Assembly: GCA_964422635.1 (NCBI GenBank)
Contig: CAYRBY010000003.1
Coordinates: forward strand, 1 to 57,016
Length of the DNA: 57,016 nt
From: an uncultured bacterium
Lineage (GTDB): Bacteria > Omnitrophota > Omnitrophia > Omnitrophales > Aquincolibacteriaceae
Reading direction: 5' to 3'
Positions 45,101 to 51,100 of this stretch are shown here, piece after piece. The position numbers and the translations under genes are program-made. The notes below the pieces were generated by a model. That model had not been told where the DNA came from. It was given only the letters and a program-made list of their open reading frames with translations, and did not search any database. Every line of letters begins with the position of its first letter. The stretch's first letter is position 1.

Positions 45101-48100
45101 TCATTTTGAGAAGACTTTCCAACACAGTCACTCCATCTTCCGTTTCCGTCAGGAGCTGGATTCCCTTCTGCTCCGCAACGCGTCCAATCATTGAGAGAAA
45201 AATCGCATTGGGGTTCTCGGTGAAACCAAAATCTTTTTGGGTTTTAACAAGTGCCGAATTTTTATAGTCCCAAAGGTTTTTGAGGAACTCTTCGTCTGAA
45301 TAGGCATCCATCAAGGGAGGCAATTCGAGCGCCTTACGGGCCTCTTCACCTTTTTTCCAGAACGTCTTTCTCGCCGAGGCTTCATCAATGCCGTTGCTGA
45401 TTCCAAACAAAATGTCTTTCAGCGGATTCAGGATATTATCAAGACCCTCCCCCGCCTCCCGCGTCAGCATTTGCTCGGCGTAGGGGCGGCTGACAGTAAG
45501 AATCGAACGGTTTACGTGTTCCATGGCGCTTGAAGTAATGTTGAGGAACCGGTCATCGTTGGGATCGGCAACATCTTTATAAAAATCGTGGTTGAGTCCC
45601 AGAAGCGGCCAAAGATCCAACCCATACTGATTCGTAAAGATTCGGCCCTGATAATCGCGTCCGTAATTGTGAATCATGTGAACCGTCCCCACATCCTTGA
45701 GCAGCGGATCTTGCGAGTATCGGGGGTCCCGCTGAAGAAATGTCGGAATTAAACCGGTAACCCAGTCATTGGAGATGATGAGCTGCGGATCGACACCGAG
45801 CGCCCTGTTTTGAACTACTTCAAGAGCGGCACGGGATAGGAAGACAGCGCGCCGTAATTCTTCCGAAGACGGCACTTTCGCATACAGTTTGTCGGCAAGC
45901 CGGGGATGTCTCAGAAAGAGGTATCGGACCCCTTCAGCTTTGGCCTCATACACACGGCTTTGGACCGTTCTTTGAAAGGTGCGGATTTTTTCATCCGTCA
46001 AGCCGGTCATGTGTGTACCCGAATCATACATCGGGCCAAATGTCATTCCGATCTCGGCGACAGGATCAGCTTTAATGGGCACCCTTTCACCGCTCTCGGT
46101 CATGAACCCCTTTTCAATCAAAGCAGACGCGGATTCATGTTTCTTGCCCTGATTATCTTCATACAGCGGCGTAATGACCGTAACGGATACGCCGCTCTCT
46201 GACAAAGCCTTGGCAAGGCCTTCTATAACTTTGGCCAGCCCTCCGGCAATCGCATGAGGACCTTCCGGAGCTACAAAAACAATTTCTCCAATACCGAGAG
46301 TTTCCAGGGCGTGCAAAGCGGGCAGCGCTCTTTCTTTGAAGAACGGATTCCACACTTTGCTGTCTTCCTTAAGACGGGTATGAATCTTTGAGAGCGCCTC
46401 GCGGAAACGGGGAACATCCTTAACTGCCTCGTAAACAATCTTTCCCATCCCTCGCATTTCCTCTTCGGTGACAAGGCGGTGAATCGTTGAGAGAAAACTA
46501 TCGTAGGGATTCGCATCAATAAGGCTCTGGCGGATTTCCTGAATGGCTTCCTGCTTTTTAAGATTACGCCGGAGGTCTTCAAGGACTGTTTTTGGCGGGA
46601 GATCGATCCTCATGACAGCATCATCACTCCGATTTTTTCCCTGCCACACCCGTTCACCTGTTTCGCGGTTTTGGGCATAGGCCGTCACGCCAAACTCACC
46701 GATCCGTCCGGGTTGAATCACTTTGCTTGCCTTGTAAATTCCTCCTCCGAGATCCTCAATGTCCCAATTAAGGATTTCGTGGTCCGTCCAATCCAACGGA
46801 CCTTGCGTATATTCTCCCCAATGAAAAAACATCTCTGATTTTTCAAGCGTTGCGGCGTCTGTCCTGAAAGTAATTTCAACCTTGGCGGAATCTCCGGACA
46901 CAGTCACAACAGGACGGGATGTAAATTGAATCGCTTCGGAATACGGTTTCTCGGACGAGCGCAGCTCTGAGCGTATTCCCATCTCTTTGTCAAAAACTTC
47001 AATGAGAATACGCCACCGCTCAAACTCACGGACCGAACTCTGTTTCAGACTCGTCCGGACCTCCTCTGCAAATCCCAGATCCACTTGCCGGAGAAGTTTC
47101 GTCATCGCCCCCTGAACATCAACATAGCTGCCCGTTTCAAAAGTGCGGAGCGCGTCATCAATATCAGACTGTACGGCCAATGCGTATCCGGGTGTATAGC
47201 TCAAGGTTTGGGCAGCCGGATCAAAGCGAATGTCGCCCGAATCATCTAAAGAAACAGCCTCTCTGAAAGTCGACAGAATCTCAGGGTCGCCAAGAACGTT
47301 TTGAAAAGTGTCCAGCAGCTCACTGTTTTCAGTTATCTCTGCCAAACCGGCCACTTTTGCCCGTTTCTCGGCCGGCAGCTTCCAGGTAAAGTCCCCCTCC
47401 GAGATCCGGCGGACAAGGAGCTTTAAAGTCTTAACATCTTCAGAGGTTTCGATATCCAATTTTCCAATCGCATTCAGAAACGCACGATCAAGACTCTCTG
47501 TCTCTGTGCTTGTTCTGAGCTCCGAACGCTGAGCTGGTTTCACGTTTGCAGAGCCGGCAAGGGCAAGACTGCTGTAGAATGTATCCCGGCTCTTTTCAAC
47601 AGCCTGAATGACATATTCATCTTTCGGATCCAGGTAGGCGGAACCTCTCAAATAACTGACAATAGAAGCATTCGCTTTCGTAAGGCTCAAAATCTCGGCG
47701 TCCGCAGGGCCGCGCAAATCAACATATACGGGCTTCATCCATTTTTTCAGCAAATCAATGGCTGAAAATTTCAAACCAACCTTTTGTCCTGGCCTTAACA
47801 CCTCTCTGAGCCTTGAACGAAACGGGAAAGAAACTCCGTTTTCCGTTTCCGGAGATTTCCTCCATGTTTCGGCAGGCTCAAGATCGCCCGTTCTTGAATC
47901 TTTAGAATAAAGCCAGGGTTCGGTGAGATAAGAATCTTCGTCGCCATAACCAAAAGTACCGCTGGGATTGTCATAAAGGAAATCAAAAAAGCCATTTTGA
48001 ACAAGCACTAAATTCGCCAGATCATAATCATAAGCCTCAATGGAAACATTCCAGCTCTCTGCCCAGACCTGAAAAGATCCAATTCCTTCTTTTGACAGAA

Positions 48101-51100
48101 TTTCCTGATGGTGCGATTCGTAATATTTTTTTAGCCCATAATAAACAATCATTCCGAGCGTATAAGGCTCTTCACCGCTTGAAACACCGATGCTTTTTAA
48201 GGTAACGGCTTTGTCCCCTGCCCGCATTTTCTCTTCAATGAGCTGGTCCAGAAACTTTATAGTTGCAATCTGATCAAATCGGAAAAAAGCGGTTGTTGCC
48301 CTTCCAAAATCAGCAGTTTTCGAAAAAGCCCGGAGGACGTCAGCTGCGAAGGCGCTGATTTCGGCAGGTTTAGCGGACAGATTTTCTTCCAGGTAGGCTC
48401 TGAAAGAGGATTGTCCGGAAGCCTGGATACGTGCCTGGATCATACCTTCAAAGAACTGTGCATACTCATAAGGAAGTTTATCCGCGCGGATTGCCTGAAA
48501 AACACTGGCGGCCTGCGCACTTTTCTCCGGCGAAAGCTTTTCATACACGAGCTTCAGAAATTGCTGTTTTAGCGCCGTCTCATCGAAAACCCCCGTCAGC
48601 AGAGTTTGGAGCTCGGACCGGAAAGAATCGGTCTCAACACTCCGGAGTTCCGAACGTGCCGCATAGGTAAGGAGAAGAATCTCTCGGGAACTGTCATAAA
48701 GTTTCCCGGAAAAGATTGCGCCTTCGATCCCCGGAGAAAGGATGGCCTCATGAAGTTCTGCATCTGTTATCTGATCAATAGAAGATACATGCAGGACTGC
48801 GATAACCGGTTGATCTGAAGCATCACGGCCTGCGATCACGGCATGCTGCATACCCTGATGCTCAAAGAAGCCACGGTACTGAAGGTCTGAAATACTAACG
48901 CCTGCGATTTGTGCGCTGCGGTTATCTTCCGCCAGACGGATAAGGTAGGCCGCAGATCCAAACGCTAATAAATTTTCGTACATGGCCCGGCGCCACAAAA
49001 GCTTGGCATCTGAAGATTCCGTTGTTCTCAAAACAACGTCTTCTCCCAGAACCGGCACGCCTGCAAGAATATGCCCGGAGGATATAACCAGCGGCGCAGA
49101 GAGTTTCAGCTGATAAGCAATCCCATGTTCGGATTTCACCATAAGCGGTGCCTGCGGCGAAGTGCTTTCATTTGTAATTCCGTAAAGAAAACTATCTGAG
49201 ACCTCAAGATTGAAAGCTCCACGCATGCCCGAAACAACGGAATTCTTAATAACACCTGTCGAACCGGGCAAAACTTCAGAAGCTGTAATGATGGAATTCT
49301 GGACCTCAACCTGCGTCCCGGGCAATGTTCCTGTAAATAGTTCCGGCACTCCCCAGAACTGCCGCGCCAAACGACCTTCGGCTGTATCCTGAAGAAGAAC
49401 AAGGATGTTCCGTCTGAAGATTCCTTCCGTCGTACCTTCCTCAATTCCTACATTCCCGAAATCCCACCAAAGAGACTTGGCTCCAGCATTAATGACCTTC
49501 ATGAAGGGCTGAGAAGAGTTTTTCCGTGAGCTCAGATAAAGGCTGAGTACGCGCTCCGTAAACTCCGGCTGATCAAGCCTTTCTTTCGCAAGAAATTTTT
49601 TCAAAGATTCTGCATTCTTGAATTGCGAAACATCAGCGGCAGCATTCTTAAGAACAAACTCCAAGCGAGTGAGAGGGATCCACCAATCCCCGTCGGTATC
49701 AGCCCGGTTCTTTGACTGTTCCAGGGGATTTTCCTCACTCAGCTCCTGCCGGTAAGAACGCATCATGCTGTCCCAGAAACGGCGGTCCACCGTAAAAGAT
49801 CCCAGGCTTTTGCCCATTCCGGAAACCTGGCTGTGCGCAGCTATGAACTCCTGGGCTTCCTGCACTGTTTTTGGTTTCTGCATGAGCCGTGCAGCCGTCC
49901 ACACCCCCGGCCCCTGCGCTTCAAGTGCAATCAACCCGTATTTATTGATAATGTCTTCGTACGGAAACTGCCCCACCAATGCCAAAATCTCGACAGGAGA
50001 ATCGCTCGGACTTTGAAGCTCCTGGAGCGGCACCGTCGGCACAAACACCTGATCTCCCCAAAACACCATGACGCGGCCAGGACGGTTCTTGGCAAAAATA
50101 GCGCTTTGAAAAATGGTCGACTCAAGAAGCGTCATCGGCACTTGACTTCCTTCTTTGTTCAGATAGCGGGGCATTGTGATACGGCTTTTAGAACCGTATT
50201 CGGAACCCGTAATCGGCCAAACACGGCTTCCAAAACCTGCCGTATGATAAATCGCGATGGTGGCTTCCCTTCCCTTTTCACGCCTAACTTTGTCCATCAG
50301 TGATTTCCAGCTGATCCCAGCCTGTTCTTTACTTTCCTGCCGGGCGCTTTGGTAGGCCAGAAGACTGCCCAGTCCGTTTCCGGGAGGAGAACCAGCACCG
50401 TAACTTTCCAGGACTGAAAACACCGTCGTATCTTTTCCGATAACCTGTCCGCGCATGCTTTCAAGTCTCTGCTTCCAATAACGCCGTTCGCTTTCCTGCG
50501 CCGAAACGACGATCACAATGTCGGGACCTTCGGAGTTTTCAACAGCGTTGTACATGGCCTGAATGTTTTGCTGTGCAAACGCCTGCTCCTCCAAACTCAG
50601 TCCGGCAGAGTCCGTGGCTCTCAGCTCTGAACGCGGCAACGCACCAGCTTGCGTTTGCTGAGGGACTTTTGCGCTGTCAGGAAGTGACACGGCCGAAGGC
50701 TTCCATTTAAACTCTGAAGAGGCGGAATCCGGCCGCCGGCCTTCCACCGCCCGGCTAAAACCAATATCTGACGAGGACAAAACCGCGCTGATGGTAGAGT
50801 TATTCGGAAGCAAGGCTTCAAGGTTCGGTTTTGCAGAAAATGTAAGAGCCGGCGATGAGGCGGTTTCAGGAACCTCGACATCCAAGACCTGGGATAACAC
50901 GGGATGGCTTTTAAACGCTGCTCTGACACCATTCAAAGAGTCGGAAGTCAGTCCCTTTTCCTTCATCCACAAAGGCAGTGCGACCTCGACAGCTTCTTTA
51001 AAAAGAAGCGCTTCCTGTTTGGTCAGAAAAGGGTTGGCATTTTTGAAATAGATTTTAAGGTCTGCGTTTTCTCCTCCCATGACCCGGGCATATCTTTCGC

